This document shows positions 1-8,436 of a DNA stretch of 64,000 bases, in pieces (position 1 is the stretch's first letter; each line of letters starts with the position of its first letter). The position numbers and the translations under genes were made by a program. The stretch spans positions 2,272,001 through 2,336,000 of the forward strand of contig OZ245046.1 of the NCBI GenBank assembly GCA_965224245.1. Direction: 5' to 3'. This stretch comes from Candidatus Eiseniibacteriota bacterium. GTDB lineage: Bacteria; Eisenbacteria; RBG-16-71-46; CAZAMP01. Under the pieces are notes generated by a model that was not told the DNA's origin, made no database searches, and saw only the letters and a program-made list of their open reading frames with translations.

Positions 1-590
1 TTCGATCGCTCGAAGCGCCAGACCGACACGTCCTTCGCGCCCGACAGCTCGGCCAGGTCTCCGGCGTTCAGCCGGAGGGCCCGGTGCAGCGACGTCTCCT
101 GAAGCGCGCGGCGGCTGACCTCCTCGACGAACGCCAGCGCCGCGCGCCGCTGCTCGTCGGACCAGGTATGCGCCGCGCGGCCGAGCTCTCGCCCCAGCCG
201 CGAGACGACGCCTTCGAACAGGAACCGGGCGTCGGCGCCGGTCGCCTCGTCCGAATCGGCCAGTGCGAACCAGACGGCTGTCTCCGGCCGTTCGAGCGCC
301 CGCACGGGATAGGCCACGCCGGCCTGATCGTCGCCCGGCCACGCCCCGGGAACCGGGCGGCCGGTTGCCACGGCCTGGGTCACGGGATGGTCGACGGCCC
401 CCGGTGCGACCCGCTCGCGGCCCCCTTCGTCCTCGAACGCGTCGGTCAGGGGGTTGCGGAACAGCACCACGGCGTCGGCGACGCCGGACAGGGCGCGGCA
501 CTCGAGCTGGAAGTCGGCGACGACCTCGGCCACGAGATCGTGAGGATGGTGGTCGACGGCCGCTACCGAGGTCGACGGGTCGGTGGCCAA
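1..590 (-). CDS. Partial CDS running off the window start; probable GAF-like sensory/signalling protein (N-terminus only)
   Basis: Not in the ORF track because it is truncated. Open frame from TTG at 590 with AAGGAG RBS upstream; translates MATDPSTSVAAVDHHPHDLVAEVVADFQLECRALSGVADAVVLFRNP...HPVTQAVATGRPV...AYPVRA. The GAF assignment is a weak pattern-based inference. Confidence 0.55.
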   Translation of the reverse strand, partial: MATDPSTSVAAVDHHPHDLVAEVVADFQLECRALSGVADAVVLFRNPLTDAFEDEGGRERVAPGAVDHPVTQAVATGRPVPGAWPGDDQAGVAYPVRALERPETAVWFALADSDEATGADARFLFEGVVSRLGRELGRAAHTWSDEQRRAALAFVEEVSRRALQETSLHRALRLNAGDLAELSGAKDVSVWRFERS

Positions 591-805
591 CGTTGCGTCT
601 CCTTGCGCGCTCCCGGTTGTGCGCCGGTGGTCACGATCGAGCCGGCGAGCGAGTCTCCTCGCCATCTCGCCTTTTCATCGGGCCCCCGGCCGGAGGACTT
701 GAGCCGGTGTGTGCGCCACGTCGGGTGGGCAGGATCGCGCGGCAAACGCTGTTCGTGGGCCCGGTCCGGCTCGTTCCCGCCGCTCGACACGCGCGGGGTC
801 ACCGA

Positions 806-2185
806 CTACCAGGCGCCCGCGCGCTTCCACCGACCGCGCCGGAACCAGACCGCGAGCAGGATGCCGCGGAGCGCGCTCGTGATCGTGAGCATCCACCAGA
901 TCGACACCGGTCCCAGCTCGAGACGGAACGCCAGGAGGTACCCGAGCGGGATCCGGATCAGCGACAGCGCCGAGGAGATGATGCCGGGGGGCAGCGTGTT
1001 GCCGGCGCCCGTGAACGCTCCGAACACGGCGATCTCCACCCCCATCCAGAGCTGGCACAGCGCCAGGATGCGCAGGAACCGCGCACCCTCGGTCACGATC
1101 GCCACGTCGTCGGAGAAGAGCCCGAACACCGGCTCGGCGAACACCAGGAAGGCCAGCCCGACCGTGCCCGTGAAGATTGCGGACTGCAGGGCGGCCATCC
1201 AGGCGGCGCGCTCGGCCAGCCGGGTGTCGCCCGCGCCGAGCGACTGACCCACCATGGTGCTCGCGGCGATCGAGAACCCGTTCGCGATCAGGTAGTTGAT
1301 GGACTCCAGGCGATTGCCCACCCCGAGCACGGCCAGGGGCGCGTTGCCCAGCGTCGCCACGACGTTCGACAGAAAGAGGTACACGAGCGTGAACAGCCCG
1401 GCGTTGAAGGACCCCGGGGTGCCGACGCGAAGGAGCCGGCCCCAGATCGCGGGCGCGGGACGTCGGATCTGATGCCAGGTCGGACGGAGCGGCGTCCGTC
1501 CCCGGGCAATGTACAGGACGTAGGCGCTCACCCCGACGAGATGGGCGATGACGGTCGCGATGGCGGCACCGGTGACGCCCCACCTCGGAAACGGACCCCA
1601 GCCGAGGATCAGGAACGGGTCGAGAGCCGCGTTCACGCTCAGCATCACCACGGACAGGAACATCGGCGTCCGCGTGTCGCCGGCCGCACGCAGGACCGAT
1701 TCGAACGCCATGAACACGAAGATCGCGGCGGACCCCCACAGGAGCACCGAGAGGTACGCCTCGCCCAGCGCGCTCACCTCGGGAGCGGCGCCGACGAAGT
1801 CGAACGTGGCACGGCACACCGCGCGCGAGACCACGGCCACGATGACGCCCATCACCAGCGCGAGCTGAAGCCCGCCCGCGACCGCGCGTCGAGCGCGATC
1901 CAGATCGCCCGCGCCGACCGCGCGTGCGACCAGCGCGGGAATGCCCATCTCGATCGCGGCCCCGAGCGCCCAGAGAATCCATGCGGCGAAGTGTGCCGGC
2001 GAGAGCGCGGCCAGTGCCGTCGGTCCCAGACGCCCGATCCAGTAAGCATCCACGAGGCTGTACAGCGTGCCCAGCCCCATCGCGATCATGACCGGCCACG
2101 CCAGGGCGAAGACGCGCCTGGCGAGCGACGCGTGTCCGATCACGCCGATGAACGGCGTCGTTTCTGCCGTCGGCCTGTCGTCCAC
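806..2185 (-). CDS. MATE family efflux transporter
   Basis: 459 aa with multiple TM helices; LAWPV...VDAYWIGRLGPTALAA, LRAAGDTRTPM, NAALDPFLILG, GVTGAAIAT and a second repeat GAGNTLPP. Confidence 0.93.
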   Translation of the reverse strand: MDDRPTAETTPFIGVIGHASLARRVFALAWPVMIAMGLGTLYSLVDAYWIGRLGPTALAALSPAHFAAWILWALGAAIEMGIPALVARAVGAGDLDRARRAVAGGLQLALVMGVIVAVVSRAVCRATFDFVGAAPEVSALGEAYLSVLLWGSAAIFVFMAFESVLRAAGDTRTPMFLSVVMLSVNAALDPFLILGWGPFPRWGVTGAAIATVIAHLVGVSAYVLYIARGRTPLRPTWHQIRRPAPAIWGRLLRVGTPGSFNAGLFTLVYLFLSNVVATLGNAPLAVLGVGNRLESINYLIANGFSIAASTMVGQSLGAGDTRLAERAAWMAALQSAIFTGTVGLAFLVFAEPVFGLFSDDVAIVTEGARFLRILALCQLWMGVEIAVFGAFTGAGNTLPPGIISSALSLIRIPLGYLLAFRLELGPVSIWWMLTITSALRGILLAVWFRRGRWKRAGAW

Positions 2186-2295
2186 CGTTCACCCCGTTCA
2201 CGGTCGTTCACCCTCGGACGGCTGCTCCCGGCACCTCCAGCGGCTCGCGGGACGAGCCGGCGCCGCGGTGGTCACGAAGCGGGCGAGTATAGCCT

Positions 2296-2342
2296 GCGCG
2301 CTCGTCCCCTCGCGCGGCGCGCTCGTCCCCTCGCGCGGCGCG
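2296..2342. repeat. 21-bp tandem repeat, about 2.2 copies (GCGCGCTCGTCCCCTCGCGCG)
   Basis: Exact copies at 2296-2316 and 2317-2337 plus a partial third copy. Confidence 0.9.
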
Positions 2343-2475
2343 TTTGCGCCGGTGCATTGCGCACGCGGCCCCGTGCAGTTTGCGTGTCGGTGGGTCTGGA
2401 TCCGATGGTGACGGCCACGGCAACGGACCGTCGAAATGATTGAATTGACATGCCTTACGAGGTCAGACGGAGGCC

Positions 2476-2491
2476 TGGCCCGTGCATTGCG
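2476..2491 (+). promoter_or_regulatory. Sigma54 (-24/-12) promoter
   Basis: TGGCCCGTGCATTGCG matches TGGC(A)CG-N4-TTGC with exact GG-N10-GC spacing, in a non-coding region. Confidence 0.65.
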
Positions 2492-2501
2492 TCACGTGGG
2501 A

Positions 2502-2590
2502 ACCGACTCCCGTCGCCCTGGTGCCGGCGGCAGGTCTCCCCGGCCTGCCGCCGGCGCCGACCTCTCGCGACGCGTCCCCGCACGCGTCGT
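2502..2590 (+). ncRNA. Candidate sigma54-dependent sRNA with UCCCC-loop hairpins (3' end uncertain)
   Basis: Starts at the predicted +1 of the sigma54 promoter. 17-bp stem 2520-2558 with a UCCCC loop and two G-U pairs that only work on the + strand; second stem 2568-2589 with a C-rich loop. Confidence 0.45.
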
Positions 2591-2773
2591 CGGGCGTCCC
2601 AGGGCTCCGCCTGCCCGAACGCTTCCGGGCACGGCTCACGAACCTGCGAAGCTCGCCTGACGCGGAGCGCACTGGATGCAGACGTCGCGTCTCGCGCAGA
2701 CGTCGCGCCGCCCGCGAACGGGGCAGTCCGAGCACCTCACCGCGTGGAGCCGGTGGAAGAGCAAACCGCGGGG

Positions 2774-2804
2774 AAAAGAAAGAGCCTGCGCCGGAGCGCA
2801 GGCT
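2774..2804 (-). terminator. Rho-independent terminator
   Basis: Minus strand AGCCTGCGC-TCCG-GCGCAGGCT followed by CTTTCTTTT. Confidence 0.8.
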
Positions 2805-2978
2805 ACCCGAAGTCTCCCGGCATCGACCGGGCGCGATCCCCGCCTTGCCGTGCTTGCCGATGAGCGAAAGTGCGACACCAACGTCGCCACTCCCGGCAGT
2901 GCACGGGCCGGCAGCAAACCTCGGAAGCGACGGGGTCTCAACGGTCACGTGTGTCGCACGGCTCCCCGACGCTTCGGG
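2774..2978 (-). ncRNA. Candidate ~205-nt sigma54-dependent structured sRNA
   Basis: Bounded by a sigma54-type promoter (2989-3004) and an intrinsic terminator (2774-2804); can fold into a long rod with two apical hairpins; no credible ORF or RBS inside. Confidence 0.5.
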
Positions 2979-2988
2979 GCCGCGACAG

Positions 2989-3004
2989 TGCAGATCGTGT
3001 GCCA
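2989..3004 (-). promoter_or_regulatory. Sigma54 (-24/-12) promoter
   Basis: Minus strand TGGCACACGATCTGCA with GG-N10-GC spacing. Confidence 0.6.
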
Positions 3005-3043
3005 CGGAACGGCGTCGGACGACTCCGCCTCGCGCGCATGGAC

Positions 3044-4000
3044 TTAGCGTTTCGGTCGCGAGGATCGACGGCGGGCGCCTCGTGCGTTTCGCAACGTCCG
3101 CATGCGTTTCGCACGTTCAGCCAGGTGCTCGGTCGCGAGCTCGCGAAAGGCGCGCGCCGCGGGCGAGACCGGCCGTCCGGACGCGGTCGCGAAGCCCAGT
3201 GTGCGCGTCGCTCGAAACCCGACGAGCGGGATCCGGGCGAGCCGCCCCTCGGCGACCTCCTCGGCGACCAGCGCCTCGGGCAGCACGGCGTACCCGAGAC
3301 CGACCTCCACCAGACGCTTCATGGCCTCGGGGGATCCCATCTCCATCGTGACCCGCGCGTCGACACCGGCATCGGCCAGGGCCCGATCGATCGTCCCCCG
3401 TGTGACCGACCCCGTTGGATAGCCGATCATGGCCAGCTCGGTGAGTGCGGGCGCCCGTATGCGGCGTCTGACCGCCAGCGCGTGCGTGGGTGCGATCACC
3501 ATCACGAGCCGCTCGGTCTCGAGCTCCTCGGTATCGAGGGCCCGGTCGGGCGCGGGCAGCGTCAGGACCGCCAGATCCAGCTCTCCGGTGCGAAGCCCCC
3601 TCGCCAGGACCCGCGACGAGTCCACCGAGACCCGGAACCCCACCCGCGGATGGCGCTCCCGGAACTCGCGGTATACCGCCGGAAGGAGATACACGCTGAC
3701 CGCGTCCGTCGTCCCGAGCCTCAGCTCGCCCCCCTCGAGTCGACCGGCCTGTCCCAGCTCCCAGCGAATCGACTCGCGATGCGCGGCGATCGCGGTGGCG
3801 TGCTCGAGCAGGACGGCTCCGGCGTCGGTCGTCCGCGCCTCGCCTCGCCGGCGCTCCACCAGCTGGGTCCCCAGCTCGGCCTCCAGGCGCTGCACGGCCA
3901 GGCTCACCGCCGGCTGGGTGAGGTAGGTCTGCTCCGCCGCCCGGGTGAAGCTCCTCGTCCGGACCACGGCGAGGAAGATGTCGAGGTCGCGCAGCTCCAT
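3044..4000 (-). CDS. LysR family transcriptional regulator
   Basis: MELRDLDIFLAVVRTRSFTRAAEQTYLTQPAVSLAVQRLEAELG HTH plus substrate-binding domain; start moved to ATG at 4000. Confidence 0.95.
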   Translation of the reverse strand: MELRDLDIFLAVVRTRSFTRAAEQTYLTQPAVSLAVQRLEAELGTQLVERRRGEARTTDAGAVLLEHATAIAAHRESIRWELGQAGRLEGGELRLGTTDAVSVYLLPAVYREFRERHPRVGFRVSVDSSRVLARGLRTGELDLAVLTLPAPDRALDTEELETERLVMVIAPTHALAVRRRIRAPALTELAMIGYPTGSVTRGTIDRALADAGVDARVTMEMGSPEAMKRLVEVGLGYAVLPEALVAEEVAEGRLARIPLVGFRATRTLGFATASGRPVSPAARAFRELATEHLAERAKRMRTLRNARGARRRSSRPKR

Positions 4001-4006
4001 GTGAAG

Positions 4007-4045
4007 ATAAGTATCGCTCATGAATGACATATCAAACATAAATTT
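4007..4045. promoter_or_regulatory. LysR-type binding region (T-N11-A) in the divergent lysR/ino1 spacer
   Basis: ATAA-GTATCGC-TCAT at 4007-4021 followed by an AT-rich second site ATCAAACATAAATTT, the classic LTTR divergent promoter layout. Confidence 0.65.
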
Positions 4046-4137
4046 CGCTCACATCCCGGGACCCCCTACCGTGCGGGCGAGATCGGCACGGCTCACCGGC
4101 ACGGGCACGGCGCCCGGCATTCACCTGGAGATTCACG

Positions 4138-5448
4138 ATGTCCAAGATGACCATCGCCCCCGCCCAGGGCCGCCTCGGTGTCCTTCTTCCCGGACTCGGC
4201 GCGGTCGGCACCACGTTCATCGCCGGCTGCCTGGCCGCCCGACGCGGTCTGGCCAAGCCCATCGGGTCGCTGACCCAGATGGGGACGATCCGGCTGGGCA
4301 AGCGCACCGACGATCGCGTTCCCATGATCCGCGACTTCGTACCCCTCGCCGGGCTCGACGACCTGGCGTTCGGCGGCTGGGACATCTTCGAGGACGACTG
4401 CTACGAGGCGGCGATCAAGTCCGGCGTCCTCGAGCGCGAGCTCCTGGACTCGATCCGGGAGGAGCTGTCCGCCATCGAGCCGATGCCGGCGGTGTTCGAT
4501 CGGCGTTACGTCAAGAAGCTCGACGGCCCCAACGTCAAGACGGGCGGCACCTGGTGGGACAAGGCGCAGGCCCTGAAGGACGACATCGAGCGTTTCCGGA
4601 CCGAGATGGGCTGCGATCGCCTGGTGATGGTCTGGTGCGGATCCACCGAGATCTACCAGGAGCCGGGCCCCGAGCATGCCAGCGTGAAGGCGTTCGAGGA
4701 GGCCATGAAGGCCGACAGTCCGAAGATCTCGCCCAGCATGGTCTACGCGTACGCGGCCATCTCGTCACGCGTGCCCTACGCGAACGGCGCTCCCCAGGTC
4801 TGCAACGAGGTGCCGGCGCTGATCGAGCTCGCCCGGGAGCTGCGCGTGCCGATCGCGGGCAAGGACTTCAAGACCGGCCAGACGCTGATGAAGACGATCC
4901 TGGCCCCCGGCCTGAAGGCTCGCATGCTGGGGCTGAACGGCTGGTTCTCCACGAACATCCTCGGCAATCGCGACGGTGAGGTACTCGACGACCCCGACTC
5001 GTTCAAGTCGAAGGAGGTCTCGAAGCTGGGGGTGCTCGACTACATCCTTCAGCCCGACAAGTACCCCGACCTCTACGACGGCTTCTATCACAAGGTCCGC
5101 ATCAACTACTATCCGCCGCGCGGCGACAACAAAGAGGGCTGGGACAACATCGACATCTTCGGGTGGCTCGGCTATCCGATGCAGATCAAGGTGGACTTCC
5201 TGTGCCGTGACTCGATCCTGGCCGCGCCCATCGTGCTCGACCTGGCGCTGTTCATGGACCTGGCCCATCGGGCGGACATGCGCGGGATCCAGGAGTGGCT
5301 CTCGTTCTACTTCAAGGCGCCGATCACCGCACCGGGCCTCTACCCCGAGCACGATCTGTTCATCCAGCTGATGAAGCTCAAGAACACGCTGCGCCACATG
5401 CAGGGCGAGGAGCTGATCACGCACCTCGGAAACGAGTACTACGACTAG
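4138..5448 (+). CDS. ino1: Myo-inositol-1-phosphate synthase
   Basis: GLGAVG NAD-binding motif, GKDFKTGQT, WFSTNILGNRDG, GDNKEGWDNID, CRDSILAAPIVLDL; GGAG RBS. Confidence 0.95.
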   Translation: MSKMTIAPAQGRLGVLLPGLGAVGTTFIAGCLAARRGLAKPIGSLTQMGTIRLGKRTDDRVPMIRDFVPLAGLDDLAFGGWDIFEDDCYEAAIKSGVLERELLDSIREELSAIEPMPAVFDRRYVKKLDGPNVKTGGTWWDKAQALKDDIERFRTEMGCDRLVMVWCGSTEIYQEPGPEHASVKAFEEAMKADSPKISPSMVYAYAAISSRVPYANGAPQVCNEVPALIELARELRVPIAGKDFKTGQTLMKTILAPGLKARMLGLNGWFSTNILGNRDGEVLDDPDSFKSKEVSKLGVLDYILQPDKYPDLYDGFYHKVRINYYPPRGDNKEGWDNIDIFGWLGYPMQIKVDFLCRDSILAAPIVLDLALFMDLAHRADMRGIQEWLSFYFKAPITAPGLYPEHDLFIQLMKLKNTLRHMQGEELITHLGNEYYD

Positions 5449-5455
5449 TCGGGGC

Positions 5456-5481
5456 CGCGCCCGCCCACGGGGGCGGGCGCG
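5456..5481. terminator. Hairpin between convergent genes (probable terminator)
   Basis: Perfect 11-bp stem CGCGCCCGCCC-ACGG-GGGCGGGCGCG between the ino1 and hddA stops; no U-tail. Confidence 0.55.
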
Positions 5482-5506
5482 ATCACGGAGCCAGCCCGCC
5501 GGACCG

Positions 5507-6526
5507 TCAACGCATCCAGGCCTGGACGCCGCCGTGCCAGAACCCGGTGTGCACCACCTCGGCGCCCGCCGACCGGAGCGCCTCGATCACGTGGTGGCGA
5601 CGGTCGAAGTCGGTGAAGAAGAACATGAACCCGCCACCGCCGGCGCCGGTGATCTTGCCGCCGAGGGCACCCGCGGCTCGCGCGGCGTCGTACAGGGCGT
5701 CGATCTCGGGGGACGAGATGCGGGCCGACATCCGCTTCTTGACCGCCCACGCCTCGTCGAGAAGCGACCCGAAGCGCGTCATCTCACCCCGGAACAGCGC
5801 GCGCTTCATCTCCAGGGCCAGGGCCTTGGTCGCGTCCATGGCCGCGATCGCGTCCGCCTCCGCGTCGGTGTAGTTCTTGATCTGATCGGCGATGATGTCC
5901 GACGAGAAGCGACTCTGCCCGGTGTACGCGAGCACGGTCGCGTACTCGAGCTCGGCGATCCACTGGTCGGGGATCCGGAGCGGGTTCACCAGGACGTCGT
6001 CTCCGGCGAACTCCATGAAGTTGAAGCCGCCGAACGAGGCCGCGTAGGGATCCTGCCGGCCGCCCTTGATGCCCAGATCCGTCCGCTCGATGGTGACCGC
6101 GAGCCTGGCCGTCTCGTACGGGTTCAGACCCAGTCGCAGCCAGTGGTCGAACGCCCCGATCAGGGCCACCACCATCGTGGACGACGCCCCCAGCCCCGAG
6201 CCCGGCGGACAGTCGGTGTGCGTGAACAGCGTGAAGCCCTGCCGCTGCTGATCCACGCCGAGCCGGCGGATCACCCCCTTGGCCAGGTCCATCTGATAGT
6301 CGAACGGCGGAATCTCGTCGTCGATCCCGTAGCTGACCTCGTCGTCGTAGTCGAGCGAGCGAAGCGTGATCACTCCGCTGTCGTTCGGCACCAGCGTGAC
6401 GTAGGCGAACCGGTTGATGGTCGCGTTCAGGATCAGCCCGCCGCGCTCGGTCGCGTACGGGTCGACGTCGGTTCCGCCGCCCCCGAAGCTGATGCGAAGC
6501 GGCGCTCGGGCTCGAACGATCTTCAC
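5507..6526 (-). CDS. hddA: D-glycero-alpha-D-manno-heptose-7-phosphate kinase (GHMP family)
   Basis: RAPLRISFGGGGTD, PPGSGLGASS, GGRQD, GGKITGAGGGG. Confidence 0.85.
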   Translation of the reverse strand: MKIVRARAPLRISFGGGGTDVDPYATERGGLILNATINRFAYVTLVPNDSGVITLRSLDYDDEVSYGIDDEIPPFDYQMDLAKGVIRRLGVDQQRQGFTLFTHTDCPPGSGLGASSTMVVALIGAFDHWLRLGLNPYETARLAVTIERTDLGIKGGRQDPYAASFGGFNFMEFAGDDVLVNPLRIPDQWIAELEYATVLAYTGQSRFSSDIIADQIKNYTDAEADAIAAMDATKALALEMKRALFRGEMTRFGSLLDEAWAVKKRMSARISSPEIDALYDAARAAGALGGKITGAGGGGFMFFFTDFDRRHHVIEALRSAGAEVVHTGFWHGGVQAWMR

Positions 6527-6529
6527 GAG

Positions 6530-7276
6530 CTAGTCCCCTCCGGTTGGGCGCCGGCGCTCCGGGCGCCCGCCGACGATCGACGCCGCACGCGCGTAGTCCT
6601 CGGGCGTCCCGATGTCCAGGAACGTGGCGTCCGGGTACCGGTGTGCCCGGAGCGTGCGAGCGAGCATCGTGGGAAAGACGTCCCGCTCGATCGAGACGGG
6701 CCGATCATCCGGGATGCGGTCGATCGCCTCGGGCTCCAGCACGTACCACCCCGCGTTGATCCACCCCGCACCGGCCGACTCGCGCTTCTCGTTGAACGCC
6801 AGCACGCGGCCGTCGCCATCGAGGTCGAGCGTACCATAGCGCGATGCGTCGTCGACGCGAACCGAGGCCAGCGTGGCCAGCGCCCGCGACGACCGATGCG
6901 CGTCGACCATCTCGGAGAGCACGCCCGTCAGGTACGTGTCACCGTTCATCACGACCACGCACCCATCCAGTGCGGCCCGGCGGTAGACGAAACGGATCGC
7001 GCCGCCGGTCCCGAGCGGACTGGGCTCACGGATACACCGGACACGGGGCGTCGCGTCGGGGCGCGCGGCCAGGTATGCGTCGAACGCGTCGGCCAGATGT
7101 CCCACGCTCAGCCAGACCGACCCCACGTTCTCCTCGGCGAGCCGATCGAGGATGACGTCGAGGAACGGTCGCCCCCCGACGTCGGCCAGTACCTTCGGAC
7201 GATCGGCCACCGCGGGCCGAAGTCGGGTGCCGAGCCCCCCGCACAGCACGATCACCGGGACGCCGAGATCGCTCAC
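6530..7276 (-). CDS. hddC: Sugar-1-phosphate nucleotidyltransferase, heptose-1-phosphate guanylyltransferase-like
   Basis: LCGGLGTRLR...PKVLA, EPSPLGTGGA, NGDT, INAG, FLDIGTPEDY; GTG start overlaps the upstream stop (GTGA); adjacent to hddA. Confidence 0.8.
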   Translation of the reverse strand: MSDLGVPVIVLCGGLGTRLRPAVADRPKVLADVGGRPFLDVILDRLAEENVGSVWLSVGHLADAFDAYLAARPDATPRVRCIREPSPLGTGGAIRFVYRRAALDGCVVVMNGDTYLTGVLSEMVDAHRSSRALATLASVRVDDASRYGTLDLDGDGRVLAFNEKRESAGAGWINAGWYVLEPEAIDRIPDDRPVSIERDVFPTMLARTLRAHRYPDATFLDIGTPEDYARAASIVGGRPERRRPTGGD

Positions 7277-8436
7277 GTCACACCCGCCTCCGCCATCAAC
7301 GACTCGATGGCCTCGTAGAGCGGATCCCAGGAGAAGCGCGGCTTCTCGGCCCGGACGCCGGCGACGAGTTGCTCGCTCATGTCCTCTCGAAAGAAGCGCG
7401 TCACGGCGGCCGCCAGCGCATCGGGGTCGTTCGGCGGCACCACGAGGCCCGCACGCTCGTGGGGCACGATCTCCGCCAATCCCCCCACGTCGGTCACGAT
7501 CGTGGGCGTATCGAACTGGTACGCGATCTGGGCCACCCCGCTCTGCGTCGCGGTCACGTACGGCTGCACGACGACGTCCGCGGCGCTGAACAGCCGGGCC
7601 ACCTCTTCGGTGGCCACGTACTCCCCGCTCATGCGGACGTGCGCCTCCAGCCCGAGCTCGCGTACCCGCTGCCGGTACGGCTCCTCGGACTCGTAGAACT
7701 CGCCGGCCACCACGAGCTGCGCTGCTGGAACGTCCCGGACCACCGCCGGCAGCGCCTCCAGGAGCACGTGAAGCCCCTTGTAGCGCCGGATGAACCCGAA
7801 GAAGAGCATGACCGGGGCGTCGGGATCGAGTCCGAGCCGGCGCCGGGCCTCTCCCCTGGGGATCGGGTCTCCGAAGATGTCGTACGTGGGGTGCTGGACG
7901 CGCCGGCGCGGCGCGTGGACGCCGAGCGTGTCGAGATCCCTCGCCACCGCCTCGCTCAGGACGACGTGCCCGTCGCACGCGCGGAGGAAGTACCGGCTCA
8001 ACGAGTCGTTCAGCGGGCGCCGCTCGTGCGGAATCGCGTTGTCCACGATCGCGATCACCTTCGCTCCCCGCGCCCGGACCCGGCGCGCGATGACCCCACA
8101 GGACGGGGCGAAGAACGGCATCCAGTACTTGAACAGGACGCACTCCGCGCGCCAGCGGGTCAGATGAGAAGCCGTGCGGTACCAGCTCCGGGGATCGATC
8201 GTGTCGAGCAGACGAACGGCCCCGATCGGGTCGTCCACGTCGTCCTGCTCGAGCTGCGTCCGGCCGGGGAAGAGCCGCTCGGGGTACTGGCGGGTGAACG
8301 TGACCGCCGACACCTCGTGGCCGCGCGCCCGGAGCCCGGCGTACACGGTCTCCAGGAAGTGCGCGATGCCGCCCCGATACGGGTGGAACGTCCCCACCAG
8401 CGCGATGCGGCGTCCGGTCGACGGAGACGGCGACAC
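7273..8436 (-). CDS. Glycosyltransferase family 4 protein
   Basis: PYRGGIA, FFGFIRRYKGL, PYVTATQSGV, TDVGGLAE. Confidence 0.92.
   Translation of the reverse strand: MSPSPSTGRRIALVGTFHPYRGGIAHFLETVYAGLRARGHEVSAVTFTRQYPERLFPGRTQLEQDDVDDPIGAVRLLDTIDPRSWYRTASHLTRWRAECVLFKYWMPFFAPSCGVIARRVRARGAKVIAIVDNAIPHERRPLNDSLSRYFLRACDGHVVLSEAVARDLDTLGVHAPRRRVQHPTYDIFGDPIPRGEARRRLGLDPDAPVMLFFGFIRRYKGLHVLLEALPAVVRDVPAAQLVVAGEFYESEEPYRQRVRELGLEAHVRMSGEYVATEEVARLFSAADVVVQPYVTATQSGVAQIAYQFDTPTIVTDVGGLAEIVPHERAGLVVPPNDPDALAAAVTRFFREDMSEQLVAGVRAEKPRFSWDPLYEAIESLMAEAGVT

Noticed and set aside
2296-2342. Possible CRISPR repeat
   Set aside because: Directly tandem with no spacers, and no cas genes in the window.
2445-2450. 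Perfect TTGACA -35 box
   Set aside because: No -10 element at a 16-18 nt spacing.
2914-2945. GCAAACC-TCG-GAAG-CGA resembling a c-di-GMP-I riboswitch
   Set aside because: The GACGCAAA segment is missing and there is no downstream gene on the + strand.
2774-2978. Identity as SRP RNA, RNase P RNA or tmRNA
   Set aside because: No SRP helix-8 motif, no GAGGAAAGUCC and no tRNA-like ends; 6S is left open pending cmsearch.
2436-3047. ORFs of 74-289 aa crossing the MATE-lysR spacer
   Set aside because: No recognisable motifs or RBS, atypical composition, and they run through promoters, hairpins and the terminator.
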